A stretch of 64,000 nucleotides of DNA from an uncultured bacterium (GCA_964556365.1 CAZKVT010000008.1:4826-68825), one strand, 5' to 3'. Shown: positions 1 through 9,990, numbered from the stretch's first letter. The notes: a model not told the origin generated them from the sequence alone. A program made the numbers and translations.

Positions 1-273
1 CCCAAACCTGAGCAGCATCTGGGCTATAGCAGTAGCATTCTGATAATACTCAGCTTCTCTATACTTTTCGAGAGCTTTCCAATAATATTCTATTGCTTTT
101 CTCTTATTGTTAATTTTATTATAAAGACTACCTAACTCTTTTGCGTTATTTGGATCTTCAGGATCTAAATCATAGATCCGTTCTAAGCATTCGATTGCGT
201 GCCTGACATCTCCCTGTATTTTTGCTTTATTTGCTTCATTTCTTAGTGCGGTTACTTCACTTCCCTTAGGCAT
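1..273 (-). CDS. TPR-like protein, N-terminal part only (gene runs off the left edge)
   Basis: Own minus-strand translation from ATG 273..271: MPKGSEVTALRNEANKAKIQGDVRHAIECLERIYDLDPEDPNNAKELGSLYNKINNKRKAIEYYWKALEKYREAEYY..., open to nt 1; starts 8 nt after the stop of the ExeA-like gene. Confidence 0.5.
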   Translation of the reverse strand, partial: MPKGSEVTALRNEANKAKIQGDVRHAIECLERIYDLDPEDPNNAKELGSLYNKINNKRKAIEYYWKALEKYREAEYYQNATAIAQMLLRFG

Positions 274-281
274 TTCTCTCT

Positions 282-1106
282 TTACTCACTCCTGTTAAGC
301 ATAAGCTCTTCTCCGACTCTTTTTATAATAGATTCCTCTATCATCTTTTTCTTCAATAAAGCTCCTTCTAAAAGAGCGTTATCACAAATAACATTAATCA
401 CTCGTGGAACACCGGAAGTAAAATCATATATCATTTTATTCGCTTCATCGCTGAATATCCTACCGGTAGCACCAGCCTGTTCCAATCTATAATTTATATA
501 ATCTCTTGTGGACCCAATTGTAAGAGGAGGAAGACTAACAATAGCCGAAATCCTTTGCCTGAAAGAAACATTATTTTTTATCTTTTTATACATATCTCCC
601 ATACCACTCAATATAACCGTTACCAAACGGTATCCTTCAAGCTCCAAATTCAAAAGCCCTCTTATTTCCTCAATTACCTCAGGATTAGTAATATTGTTGG
701 CTTCATCGATAAGAATTACAGATTTTTTATTAGCTTTATATCTACGCTGGAGTTCTCCTATTAGATCTAATTTCATTTCTGTTCGTCCTCTGGAATCGAG
801 TTTCAAACCAAGCAATTCACCTAATTTTTTATTAAACCATAAAGCGGAAAAATCAGGCTGCGTAAGAGTCATTAGACTGCCCGAATATTCTTCCTCTTCT
901 CCCAACCCCGCGAAAATCCTCCTGATAATAGTAGTCTTTCCACACCCTATCCCCCCGGTCAACAATCCCAGGGCTCTATTCTTTTTTATGACATGCAACA
1001 ATTTGACAAGAGCCCGAGTGTGCTCTGGCCCGCTGTAGAAGAAATCCGGATCGGGTATATCACTAAAAGGTTCTTTATCCAATCCGTAAAAAGCTTCGTA
1101 ATTCAT
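282..1106 (-). CDS. ExeA/GspA-like AAA ATPase
   Basis: 274 aa; N-terminus FYGLDKEPFSDIPDPDFFY, Walker A GGIGCGKTT, Walker B-like VILIDEAN: the ExeA/MshM-type layout. Confidence 0.75.
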   Translation of the reverse strand: MNYEAFYGLDKEPFSDIPDPDFFYSGPEHTRALVKLLHVIKKNRALGLLTGGIGCGKTTIIRRIFAGLGEEEEYSGSLMTLTQPDFSALWFNKKLGELLGLKLDSRGRTEMKLDLIGELQRRYKANKKSVILIDEANNITNPEVIEEIRGLLNLELEGYRLVTVILSGMGDMYKKIKNNVSFRQRISAIVSLPPLTIGSTRDYINYRLEQAGATGRIFSDEANKMIYDFTSGVPRVINVICDNALLEGALLKKKMIEESIIKRVGEELMLNRSE

Positions 1107-1118
1107 CTATCTTCCCCC

Positions 1119-2114
1119 CTACAAAAAAACAATTTTCTGTTCCTCAAAGTGCTCTTCCTTATCAGCGGTCTCCCCTCCCTTTGTCGCTTTAACTGCTTCC
1201 CCTGAAACTTCTTCGGCTTTTGACTCTGCCTTTTCCTCTTCCCCTTCCTTTTTCTCTTCTTCCTTCGCTTTCTCTTCTGGTAATATTCCTAAAAGTTCCT
1301 TAACATCTTTAAAGTTAGGGTCTAATTCATATATTTCTTTTAAAACATCTTTCCCTATTTTCGCTTTCCCCGATTCCCTTAAAGATTCATAAATAGAATA
1401 TAATTCCTCGAGTTTATCCAGTCCGTGCAATTGTCTGGCTAAACTCAGAGCATCACCCAAAGAACCCTGCTCCCTTAATAATGCTACCAATAATCTTTTG
1501 GAATTATGAGAATTATCCAGCTCTAAAATTCTTCTATAATTTGATTCCGCCTCGGCAAACAAATCCTCTTCATGAAAAGCTTTACCAAGGACGTATCGTA
1601 AATCTATCTCGTCTTTTGGAGGCTTAGTTGTAAATGCCTTCAATTTCGGCAAAACGTCTTCATGTTTTTCTTCATATATTAAACTTTTTATATTGGCATC
1701 CTTTGGATAATTTTCCTTAAGAGTGTTCAAAACCTGCTGTGCCGCTTCCTTGTTTCCAAACATAGAATAATACTCAAAAGCTTTTATATAATTATCTTTT
1801 GCTTCCTCAGGAGAACCTATCTCCCAGAGCAATTCTCCCATTTCAAGAAAAGAGTCCGCGTCAAACTCCTCATCGACCTCAAATTCTCCAGGGGTCAGTA
1901 TATTCACTATTTCTGCAGGCAAGTTACCGGAAATAGATAAAAGATCCCCGAGATTTCCCCCTTTCTCAAGAAATTCCACCATACGATTCCTTACCTCCCC
2001 ATAGAAACCTAACTGTGAATATCCTGTTATAATTTTTAGAAGCTCTTGTAAATTCTGATTTTCCTTAAAATCTTTCACTGCTTTAACTATTAAGTTAACG
2101 CTTTTCTCATCCAA
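1119..2114 (-). CDS. TPR-like protein with Lys/Glu-rich C-terminal tail
   Basis: ORF is open to 2258, but its first 48 codons read through a promoter (TTGACT) and a repeat module. TTG at 2114 lies 6 nt after GGAGG. Helical TPR-like repeats; tail EEKAKEEEKKEGEEEKAESKAEE. Confidence 0.5.
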   Translation of the reverse strand: MDEKSVNLIVKAVKDFKENQNLQELLKIITGYSQLGFYGEVRNRMVEFLEKGGNLGDLLSISGNLPAEIVNILTPGEFEVDEEFDADSFLEMGELLWEIGSPEEAKDNYIKAFEYYSMFGNKEAAQQVLNTLKENYPKDANIKSLIYEEKHEDVLPKLKAFTTKPPKDEIDLRYVLGKAFHEEDLFAEAESNYRRILELDNSHNSKRLLVALLREQGSLGDALSLARQLHGLDKLEELYSIYESLRESGKAKIGKDVLKEIYELDPNFKDVKELLGILPEEKAKEEEKKEGEEEKAESKAEEVSGEAVKATKGGETADKEEHFEEQKIVFL

Positions 2115-2411
2115 AAGAAAACCTCCAATTTCCTCTAAAATAACTTTTTTACTAAAATAAGCAACCTGGCTTAAAAAGTCAAGTGTTACGGTGTTTTGCA
2201 AGCACAAGATTACCCCCCACACCAAAAAATTATTCTCACACAGAGACACAAAGAACACAGAGGAAAAAACAACAAAAAATATCTTAATTGGTTTAAACCC
2301 AACCCCACCAAAACTAAGAGAAACAACGAATCATACGAATAGCACAAATAAAAAAATGTTTTAACCACTTAATTATTCAATGACTCGACTGAGATTTAAA
2401 GAATCAAAATA

Positions 2412-3164
2412 TCAGCGTACAAAAATTACGACAATCAATGGAATTAAGGAATAAACCATAAAGTAGTACTCTTTTGAAGAAAAACGGAATTCGTTAATAG
2501 TTGTTCTTTTTTCTCCCACCTTATAAGCTTTAGCATGCAGGCCAAGGGCTAACTGATCAGCCCTTCTAATAGAAGAATGCACAACAATAAAAACCAAAGA
2601 AAAAAGATCCTTGCCCATTCTAATGTAACCGCATCTGGCTTTATAAGCCATCATAGCTTTTTTACCCTCTTCAAACATAAATGGAATAAAACGAAAAACA
2701 AAAATCATAATCATAGGAACTTCTCTTAAAGTCTCGGATTTGAAACGAAAAAAGAATCCGGAGAGACTATCCGCAAGGTCTATTGGAGAAGTCGTAAAAC
2801 CAAAAAACATGGTACTCAAAACAAGAAGTAAAATTCTTATAGAATATAAAAATCCCTTCAAAGAGCCTTCTAAAGTCGCGTTTAAACCTCCCAATCTAAA
2901 TAATACTTCTCCGGGTGTTAGAAATAAATGTAAAAAAAATGTTAGCAAAAACAATATCAAAAAAGGAGAAAAACCTTTCAAGACTTTAGCCGGAGGCAGT
3001 TTAGAAAAGAAAAAAGGCAATATAATAATTAAAGAAAGTAATATATACGCAATGGGATTACTAATAAACAGAACCGATATAAAACAGGTAAAAACAAAGA
3101 ATAACTTAGCTCTGGGGTCAAGAAAATGAACTAATGAATCTCTGGGACAAAAAGCAAAGTTCAC
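2412..3164 (-). CDS. ecfT: energy-coupling factor (ECF) transporter transmembrane subunit, CbiQ/EcfT family
   Basis: 250 aa polytopic membrane protein; N-terminal LDPRAKL and the C-terminal RRADQLALGLHAKAY region resemble the CbiQ/EcfT family. Confidence 0.65.
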   Translation of the reverse strand: MNFAFCPRDSLVHFLDPRAKLFFVFTCFISVLFISNPIAYILLSLIIILPFFFSKLPPAKVLKGFSPFLILFLLTFFLHLFLTPGEVLFRLGGLNATLEGSLKGFLYSIRILLLVLSTMFFGFTTSPIDLADSLSGFFFRFKSETLREVPMIMIFVFRFIPFMFEEGKKAMMAYKARCGYIRMGKDLFSLVFIVVHSSIRRADQLALGLHAKAYKVGEKRTTINEFRFSSKEYYFMVYSLIPLIVVIFVR

Positions 3165-4870
3165 TTATTATTAAGTATGCTTTTTATTAAACCCAGGAAA
3201 AGCGGAGCGGGATTTTCAAGACGAGCCTTAAATTCCGGATGAGCCTGGGTAGCTACAAAAAACGGATGGTCCGGCAATTCCATAAATTCCATAAGCGGCT
3301 CACCTTCAGGCAGTCTATGAAAACCGCTGAATATAACACCAGCTTCTTCAAAATCTTTAACATATTCGGGATTGACTTCATATCTGTGCCGATGGCGTTC
3401 AAGAACTACAGGAACTCCTTCATCCAAAACACCAAGCCTAAAATCTTCTTTTATTTCTTTTAACCTTTTCGCATCATATTTCAGTCTTCCTGTCTTTTCA
3501 TACCACTCGAAAACTTTTGTATTTTTCTTTAACTCTGCAGCGTAAGCACCCAATCGCATAGTGCCCCCTATCTTCCTCTCCTCGAGAAGTTTTTCCTGCT
3601 GACCGTAAAAATTTATAACTTTGTGAGGGGTATTGGGATCCGCTTCTATAGTATTAGCATCTGCTAAACCCATAACATTTCTCGCGTATTCCACAAGGGC
3701 AAGCTGCATACCAAGACACAAACCAAGATACGGGATTTTGTTTTCTCTTGCGTACCGGATACTTTCAATCTTCCCTTCAAACCCCTCTTCTCCAAAACCT
3801 CCGGGAACGACTATACCATCGACACCTTCGAGGCAAGCAGTTCCTTCTCTTTCAATATCCTTAGAATTAACCCATTTAATTTTTACTCCCACCTTATCTT
3901 CCGCTCCCGCGTCTATTAAAGCTCTGGATACGGATATATACGAATCCTTCAGGGAAAACTCACCTATATCTAAGTACTTACAAACCATTGCGACATTTAT
4001 ATTAACTTTAGGATTCATTATTCCGTCCAGCAATCCAGTCCACTTACTCCAATCGGGTTTTTTCTTAAGCGGTAAATTAAGTTTACCAAGCAATTTCTTC
4101 CCTAAATTTTCCTTTTCAAAATTTATGGGAACTTCATATATACAATCAGTATCGGGGGCAGAAATCACACAATCGGCTTCGATATTGGCGTACGTTTCAA
4201 TTTTGCCTCTTCTTACCGGGTCGAGAGAAGTTTTAGCGCGACAGAGTATAATATCCGGAAATATACCATGCTCGGAAAGCTGTCTTATCGCCTGCTGGGT
4301 TGGCTTGGTTTTCATCTCATTGATATGGGAGGGAATAGGAAGATATGAAAGCATTACTATAGCTACATTCTCTTTTCCCTCCACTCGAATAAGACTCCTT
4401 ACCGCAAAAAGATACGGCATATTTTCATAGTCTCCTATCGTTCCACCGATTTCAACAACACAAACATCGGTATCTTCCGAACTTTTCTTTAACCTTCTTA
4501 TTATCTCTTCGGGAATATGCGGAATAAATTGAACTGTTTGTCCCAAATATTTGCCGGCTCGCTCCCTATCTATTACACTTTTATAGACTTGTCCTGTAGT
4601 AATATTGTTTTCCTTTGGAATATCCTTGGAAAGAAATCTCTCATAATTACCCAGGTCCTGATCTATTTCCCCACCATCGTCGGTCACCCAGACCTCGCCA
4701 TGCTCGGTTGGCCTTAGTGTTCCGGCATCATAGTTTATGTAAGGATCGATTTTAATGGCGGTAGTGGAATATCCGTAATTCTCAATTATCTTACCTATCG
4801 AGGACGTAGCTATCCCCTTACCAACACCACTTAAAACACCTCCTACAACTATTATATATTTGGAAGCCAT
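3161..4870 (-). CDS. pyrG: CTP synthase
   Basis: 569 aa; N-terminal KYIIVVGGVLSGVGKGI, C-terminal glutamine amidotransferase domain (GLCLGMQ, HRHRYEVN). Confidence 0.97.
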   Translation of the reverse strand: MASKYIIVVGGVLSGVGKGIATSSIGKIIENYGYSTTAIKIDPYINYDAGTLRPTEHGEVWVTDDGGEIDQDLGNYERFLSKDIPKENNITTGQVYKSVIDRERAGKYLGQTVQFIPHIPEEIIRRLKKSSEDTDVCVVEIGGTIGDYENMPYLFAVRSLIRVEGKENVAIVMLSYLPIPSHINEMKTKPTQQAIRQLSEHGIFPDIILCRAKTSLDPVRRGKIETYANIEADCVISAPDTDCIYEVPINFEKENLGKKLLGKLNLPLKKKPDWSKWTGLLDGIMNPKVNINVAMVCKYLDIGEFSLKDSYISVSRALIDAGAEDKVGVKIKWVNSKDIEREGTACLEGVDGIVVPGGFGEEGFEGKIESIRYARENKIPYLGLCLGMQLALVEYARNVMGLADANTIEADPNTPHKVINFYGQQEKLLEERKIGGTMRLGAYAAELKKNTKVFEWYEKTGRLKYDAKRLKEIKEDFRLGVLDEGVPVVLERHRHRYEVNPEYVKDFEEAGVIFSGFHRLPEGEPLMEFMELPDHPFFVATQAHPEFKARLENPAPLFLGLIKSILNNK

Positions 4871-4904
4871 TTTTAAAAAATCCCTTTATTATTCATAAAA
4901 GCAT

Positions 4905-6953
4905 TTACTCTTCTTTTTCGTCGTCGTCGTCTTCCTTTTCTTCAGCTTCTATATCCGAAGATTCTTCCTCTTCATCGGACTCTTCGTCGTCTTCAACCTC
5001 TACTTCACTCGACTCTTCTTCTTCAGATTCTTCTTTCTCGTCTGTGCTCTCGTCTTTTTCTTCTTCAACCTCAGCTTCCTCTTCTGCCTGTTCTTCCTCT
5101 TCATCGGACTCTTCGTCGGACTCTTCTTCGTCGTCTTTTTCTTCCTCTTTGGAATTCTCTTCGTTTTTTTCTCCTTCGACTTCAGTTTCTTCTTCTACTT
5201 CTTCCTCTTCTGCCTGTTCTTCCTTTTCGTCGTCTTCAACCTCTTCCATTTCGTCTAAGACTTCCTCCACAGCAGTTTCATCCGCTACCATCTTCCCATC
5301 TTCGCTATCTTCATAGCCTTCTTTCTTCTTCATTTCTTCAATCTTGACTTGCTGTTCTTTTTCATATTCTCGTTCCGAAAGCACTATATTTCTTCTATCC
5401 ACATCGATTTCTATAACCTTTAACTTTAATTTATCGCCTAAAGAATAACCTTCTTCAGGTTTTTTGATATTCTTCTTGGTTAAATGGGAAAAAGGAACGA
5501 AACCTTTCAATCCCTTTCCAAGAGAAACAATTACTCCTCTGGGAAGCATCTCATAGATTGTACCAATAATATTACTATCTACAGGATACTTTTTCGCGAA
5601 AATTTTCAAAGGATCATCTTTAAGCTGCTTTAACCCAAGAGAAATACGTCTTTCCGCCACATCAACCGATAATACTTCACACTTTATCGTCTTCCCTTTA
5701 TCGAGCACATCCCGTGGATGATTAATTCGCTGAGTCCAGGATATATCGGATATATGGAGCAATCCTTCGACCCCCTCTTCCAATTGAATGAAAGCCCCAA
5801 AAGAAGTAAGATTAACTACCTTACCTTTAACAACGGAACCGACAGGATATTTTTCCTCTACGTCTTCCCATGGATCAGGAACTGCTTGACGTAACCCTAA
5901 AGAAATTTTGCGAGCTTTTTCATCAACCTCTAAAACGATTGCGTCTACTTCCTGCCCAACTTTCATTACCTCTGAAGGGTGTTTTATGTGCTTGGTCCAG
6001 GACATCTCAGAAACGTGTATAAGACCTTCAATCCCTGTTTCAAGCTCGACAAAAGCGCCGTAATCGGTAAGAGAAACAACCTTTCCGGTAACCTGATTCC
6101 CTATTTGATAAGTTTCCATTACATTTTTCCATGGATCCGGCTTTAATTGTTTCAAACCCAAAGATACTCTTTTAGAATCCCGATCTACATCTTTGACTTT
6201 TACTTTCACAGTATCGCCTATTGAAAGCATTTCGGAAGGATGATTAATTCTCCTCCAGGACATATCGGTTATATGCAGAAGACCGTCTATCCCATCGAGC
6301 TCTATAAAAGCTCCGAATTCGGTAATATTCTTAACTGTTCCCTCTACTATCTGCCCTTCTTCTATTTCTTCCAAGAATTCTTTGACTCTTTCTTCCTGTT
6401 TTTCACTCAGGAGAACTCTTCTCGATACCACGATATTCCTACGTTTAAAGTTTACCTTAATTATCCTGACATCGAATTTGTCGCCAATTTCAACATCAGA
6501 TTCTCTGGCGGGTTTTAAATCGATTTGAGACCCCGGTAGAAAAGCTTCAGTACCAAACACTTTCACCATAAGTCCACCCTTAACTCTTCTAACAACCTCA
6601 CATTCTACGGGAGTTTCCTCCTTGTGCACCTCTTTAACATGGTCCCAAACTTTAATGAAATCAGCTTTCTTCTTCGAAATTGTAGCCAGTCCCCTTGTGC
6701 CTCCTATGTCATCGAGATAAACATCTACAACGTCCCCTACAGAAAAATCTGAAACCGAATCAAAATCATCTATAGGTATAATACCCTCAGATTTCAAACC
6801 AACATTCACCAAAACTTCATTGGCTGTAATCTTAACAATTCTCCCTTTAACCAGACCTATTCCCGGAGACTCATTCTCGAGATATTTTTCGAGCAGATTT
6901 AACGCTTCATCTTCACTTATAGGTTCGATTATCGAACTTAATTCCTCATTCAT
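4905..6953 (-). CDS. rpsA: 30S ribosomal protein S1 with long acidic C-terminal extension
   Basis: 682 aa; six S1-type repeats (G.V..ITEFGAF(I/V)EL..G(I/V)(D/E)GL(L/I)H(I/V)S(D/E)(M/I)SW), then about 140 aa of almost pure D/E/K. Confidence 0.9.
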   Translation of the reverse strand: MNEELSSIIEPISEDEALNLLEKYLENESPGIGLVKGRIVKITANEVLVNVGLKSEGIIPIDDFDSVSDFSVGDVVDVYLDDIGGTRGLATISKKKADFIKVWDHVKEVHKEETPVECEVVRRVKGGLMVKVFGTEAFLPGSQIDLKPARESDVEIGDKFDVRIIKVNFKRRNIVVSRRVLLSEKQEERVKEFLEEIEEGQIVEGTVKNITEFGAFIELDGIDGLLHITDMSWRRINHPSEMLSIGDTVKVKVKDVDRDSKRVSLGLKQLKPDPWKNVMETYQIGNQVTGKVVSLTDYGAFVELETGIEGLIHVSEMSWTKHIKHPSEVMKVGQEVDAIVLEVDEKARKISLGLRQAVPDPWEDVEEKYPVGSVVKGKVVNLTSFGAFIQLEEGVEGLLHISDISWTQRINHPRDVLDKGKTIKCEVLSVDVAERRISLGLKQLKDDPLKIFAKKYPVDSNIIGTIYEMLPRGVIVSLGKGLKGFVPFSHLTKKNIKKPEEGYSLGDKLKLKVIEIDVDRRNIVLSEREYEKEQQVKIEEMKKKEGYEDSEDGKMVADETAVEEVLDEMEEVEDDEKEEQAEEEEVEEETEVEGEKNEENSKEEEKDDEEESDEESDEEEEQAEEEAEVEEEKDESTDEKEESEEEESSEVEVEDDEESDEEEESSDIEAEEKEDDDDEKEE

Positions 6954-7825
6954 GTAGCTATTTCCTCCTTATTTGTATCAATATTTACTTTATTTTTATC
7001 AATTTTTTTAAGTTTGTTTATTACTTCATTAATAATCCAATCGGGTGTTGAAGCTCCTGATGCCACACCTACCCTCTCAACATCGGTAAACCATTCTTCT
7101 TTAATTTCATCCGCTTCTTCTATATGATAAGTATGAGAACCTTCTGCTTTTGCTATTCCCGCAAGCCTAGAAGTATTAGCGCTCTTTTTCCCGCCAACCA
7201 CTATCATTATATCAGATTTCCTAGCTAGTCTCTTCACTTCTCTTTGTCTTTTACTCGTAACATCACAAATCGTATTGAAAACCTTAAATTCCAGAATCTT
7301 AGGCAATATAAAGGCAGCGACCTCCTGAAGTATTTCCTGCGATTGAGTTGTTTGAACGACCAACCCTACTTTACTGTCGTTTATTTTTAAATTTCTCACC
7401 GAATCGATTACGCGAATACGCCCATCAGTTTCGCCTACAATACTAATCACCTCAGGATGCTCTTTCTCACCTATTACAAAAGTTTCATATCCTTCAGAAA
7501 CAAGCTGTTTGGCTTTTTCCTGCGCTTTTTTTACAAGCGGACAGGTCGCGTCCACTTCCTTAAGGTTTTTCTCTCTAATTTTCTTTAAAATTCTGGGGTG
7601 AACGCCATGCGACCGTATAATAACATATCCGGAATCGATTTCAGAAAGATCCTCAGCAGCAATTATACCTTCTTTTTCTAATCTTTTAACAACCTGAGGA
7701 TTATGTATTATATGACCGAGAGTCCAGACTTTTTCTTCCGTTTCTTTCCTTATCTGCCGGGCAATTCCTATTGCTCTTTTCACCCCAAAGCAAAACCCCA
7801 TATTCCTGGCAAGTTTTATTTCCAT
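6950..7825 (-). CDS. ispH: 4-hydroxy-3-methylbut-2-enyl diphosphate reductase
   Basis: 291 aa; NMGFCFGVKRAI start, HNPQVV, conserved Cys positions; classic ispH-rpsA adjacency. Confidence 0.93.
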   Translation of the reverse strand: MEIKLARNMGFCFGVKRAIGIARQIRKETEEKVWTLGHIIHNPQVVKRLEKEGIIAAEDLSEIDSGYVIIRSHGVHPRILKKIREKNLKEVDATCPLVKKAQEKAKQLVSEGYETFVIGEKEHPEVISIVGETDGRIRVIDSVRNLKINDSKVGLVVQTTQSQEILQEVAAFILPKILEFKVFNTICDVTSKRQREVKRLARKSDIMIVVGGKKSANTSRLAGIAKAEGSHTYHIEEADEIKEEWFTDVERVGVASGASTPDWIINEVINKLKKIDKNKVNIDTNKEEIAT

Positions 7826-8424
7826 CAGGCTAAACCCTTTATTTTGTTCATAATTTTCTCTGCCAATTCCCTGGCATTCTTCATATCAGGTCGCCCATAT
7901 TCCGGATAAATCGGAGCCCCAAATTTTACAGAAAGAGGAGTCTGTCTTAAAAAATGCTTCAACATCGATTCATGAGTTCCTGTAATTAAAACCGGAAGCA
8001 CAGGCACTTTTGTTTTTATGGAAAGATAACCTACTCCCGGCTGAGCCGGAAGAAATTCATTTGTTTTAGACCTGCTTCCCTCGGGAAACATCATAACAGC
8101 CCTTCCTTCATTTAAGAGATTAACAAAAAACCTCATAGACTTAATCCCCGGATTTTCTGTATCAACCGGCACAGCATGAACACTCCTTAGGACCCAGGAA
8201 ACAAACTTATTGATAAAGAGTCCTTTCTTCGACAGAAACGTAACCGGCCGACATCCGATACAACATCCAACAAGAGGAGGGTCATAATTGGAACGATGAT
8301 TTGGAGCAATAATAACTCCTCCCTTTTCAGGAACATTATCCGCCCCCTCTATTTTGAGTCCAAAAATTTTGTAAAACCCTAAAAATAGAAAGTGTCCTAT
8401 TTTATAAGGAACTGTAGCTTTCAT
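7825..8424 (-). CDS. plsC: 1-acyl-sn-glycerol-3-phosphate acyltransferase
   Basis: 199 aa; acyltransferase motifs NHRSNYDP (HX4D) and FPEGSRS. Confidence 0.85.
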   Translation of the reverse strand: MKATVPYKIGHFLFLGFYKIFGLKIEGADNVPEKGGVIIAPNHRSNYDPPLVGCCIGCRPVTFLSKKGLFINKFVSWVLRSVHAVPVDTENPGIKSMRFFVNLLNEGRAVMMFPEGSRSKTNEFLPAQPGVGYLSIKTKVPVLPVLITGTHESMLKHFLRQTPLSVKFGAPIYPEYGRPDMKNARELAEKIMNKIKGLA

Positions 8425-9073
8425 TAAGTTTTTTTATCTCGGATATCACAATGTCCACCTGTTCATCGATTGAAAGCGAACTCGTATCGAGCAAATACGC
8501 GTCGTCGGATTTTTTTAAAGGACTCTCCTTCCTTGTCGAATCATGATAATCTCTTCTCTTCAAATCCTTTTCTACTTCTTCCAGATTCTCTTTACTATCC
8601 TGCAGTCCTCTTCTTTTCGCTCTAACACCTACATCCGCGTCCATGTAAAATTTTAGATCAGCATCGGGAAAAACTACTGTCCCAATATCCCTACCTTCAA
8701 TTATCGCGTTATTATCATCAACTATTTTTCTTTGAATACCCACCAGGAATCTTCTTACTGCCTTCATCTTAGAAACAGGCGTAACAGCTTTATTGACTTC
8801 ATCGGTACGCAATTTATCGCTTATGTCTTCACCATTAACAATTGTTCTCTGTTCATTATTCACCTTTTCGATCTCGATATTCAACTCATCCAAAATCTGG
8901 GTAACCTTTTTCTCATCATTGGGATTTACACCTCGCCTCAAAACAAAATAAGCTACTGCTCTATAAGTCGCTCCGGTATCAAGATATAACCAACCCAGTA
9001 GCTTTGAAACTTTTCTGGCTGTTGTTGTCTTACCTGAACCTGAAGTCCCATCTATTGCAACTACAAATCCCAT
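8402..9073 (-). CDS. cmk: cytidylate kinase
   Basis: 223 aa; VAIDGTSGSGKTT P-loop, LDTGATYRAV, EGRDIGTVVFPDA. Confidence 0.93.
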   Translation of the reverse strand: MGFVVAIDGTSGSGKTTTARKVSKLLGWLYLDTGATYRAVAYFVLRRGVNPNDEKKVTQILDELNIEIEKVNNEQRTIVNGEDISDKLRTDEVNKAVTPVSKMKAVRRFLVGIQRKIVDDNNAIIEGRDIGTVVFPDADLKFYMDADVGVRAKRRGLQDSKENLEEVEKDLKRRDYHDSTRKESPLKKSDDAYLLDTSSLSIDEQVDIVISEIKKLNESYSSL

Positions 9074-9386
9074 AGATTATTATACTACTATATAAAAAAA
9101 TTTCAAGGTGTCAAGTAATATTTCTCTTATCATAAATTAGGGCAGGAGCAAAAAGCTCCTGCCCGGAGGTATGAGCCCCCAAGGGCTCAGTATAAAAAAT
9201 AATAGTACTTAATAAATAATCCTTTTCCCTTTTATGTCAAGTGGGGTATCAGCAAAAAAATTCCCTTGACATTTAATCCTCTTTAAAGATATTGGAAAGG
9301 GGGAGAAAAATCAAAAAATCAAAGAAAAAATAAACAAACTTCAAAAAAAATAGATGAAAACAGAAAATAAAAAAAAGGAGAGAATT

Positions 9387-9746
9387 ATGAAAAATCTTAA
9401 GATGTTATTGTTGTTTTTATTAATTGTACCGGTATTCTTAACAGATTGCGCGAAAACGGAAACCATCAAATATGACAATGTTAAGAGGGCTCCAAAATCC
9501 GAAGATTACAATATGAAAATATATTCGGAAGGCGCAACACCAAAAGAATATGAAGAAATCGGTGAAGTAAGAATGGAGGCTTATATAAATCATCCTAAAG
9601 AAGAAATAATTAAGAGTTTAAAATCTGAAGCAAAGAAATTAGGCGCGGACGCGATAGTCGGTTTGGAAGAATTAGGATCATCTGACGGGATGAAACAACG
9701 TTGGGCGGCAAAAGCCGTAGTTTGGATTGATAAAAAATCAAAATAA
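9387..9746 (+). CDS. small lipoprotein, function unknown
   Basis: ORF listed from 9354, but the ATG at 9387 follows AAGGAGAG. MKNLKMLLLFLLIVPVFLTDC looks like a lipoprotein signal with a Cys. Confidence 0.5.
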   Translation: MKNLKMLLLFLLIVPVFLTDCAKTETIKYDNVKRAPKSEDYNMKIYSEGATPKEYEEIGEVRMEAYINHPKEEIIKSLKSEAKKLGADAIVGLEELGSSDGMKQRWAAKAVVWIDKKSK

Positions 9747-9904
9747 ATAAGGCAAAAAACACTATAAAAACAATAGATAAAAACAGATAATAAAAAACTG
9801 CTTTTATACTATTTGTTTTTGGGATTTGGGGGATGGGATTAAATTTTGGTTTTGGATTCTTGACTCAAGACCCCAGACATTTAATTTACCTTTCTGTAAA
9901 TTAA

Positions 9905-9990
9905 ATGCCGGAGGAGGGATTTGAACCCACAAGTCCTTTAAGGGACAACGGATTTTGAGTCCGCCGCGTCTGCCAGTTCCGCCACTCCGG
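9905..9990 (-). tRNA. tRNA-Leu (anticodon CAA)
   Basis: Hand-folded: acceptor GCCGGAG/CTCCGGC, anticodon stem CGGA/TCCG with loop CTCAAAA, long variable arm, T-arm GTGGGTTCAAATCCC; no encoded CCA. Confidence 0.9.

Noticed and set aside
508-1038. Long antisense ORFs inside well-supported genes (e.g. 508..1038, 3633..4430, 17534..17986, 41691..42041, 48166..48687)
   Set aside because: They lie opposite genes with clear family signatures, have low-complexity or hydrophobic junk translations and no RBS; typical shadow ORFs in AT-rich DNA.
1119-2258. Full 379-aa version of the TPR ORF
   Set aside because: Its first 48 codons (MFFVSLCENNFLVWGV...) translate the CACAGAG repeat module and a TTGACT promoter. 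A TTG with a GGAGG RBS at 2114 is the better start.
5044-5316. Ser-rich 90-aa ORF on the + strand
   Set aside because: Exact antisense of the GAA/GAG/GAT-rich acidic tail of rpsA; a compositional mirror, not a gene.
9878-9906. AT-rich imperfect hairpin CATTTAATTTAC-CTTTCT-GTAAATAAATG abutting the tRNA-Leu 3' end, as a terminator
   Set aside because: One-nucleotide bulge, all A/T pairs and no following U-run on the tRNA strand; too weak to annotate.
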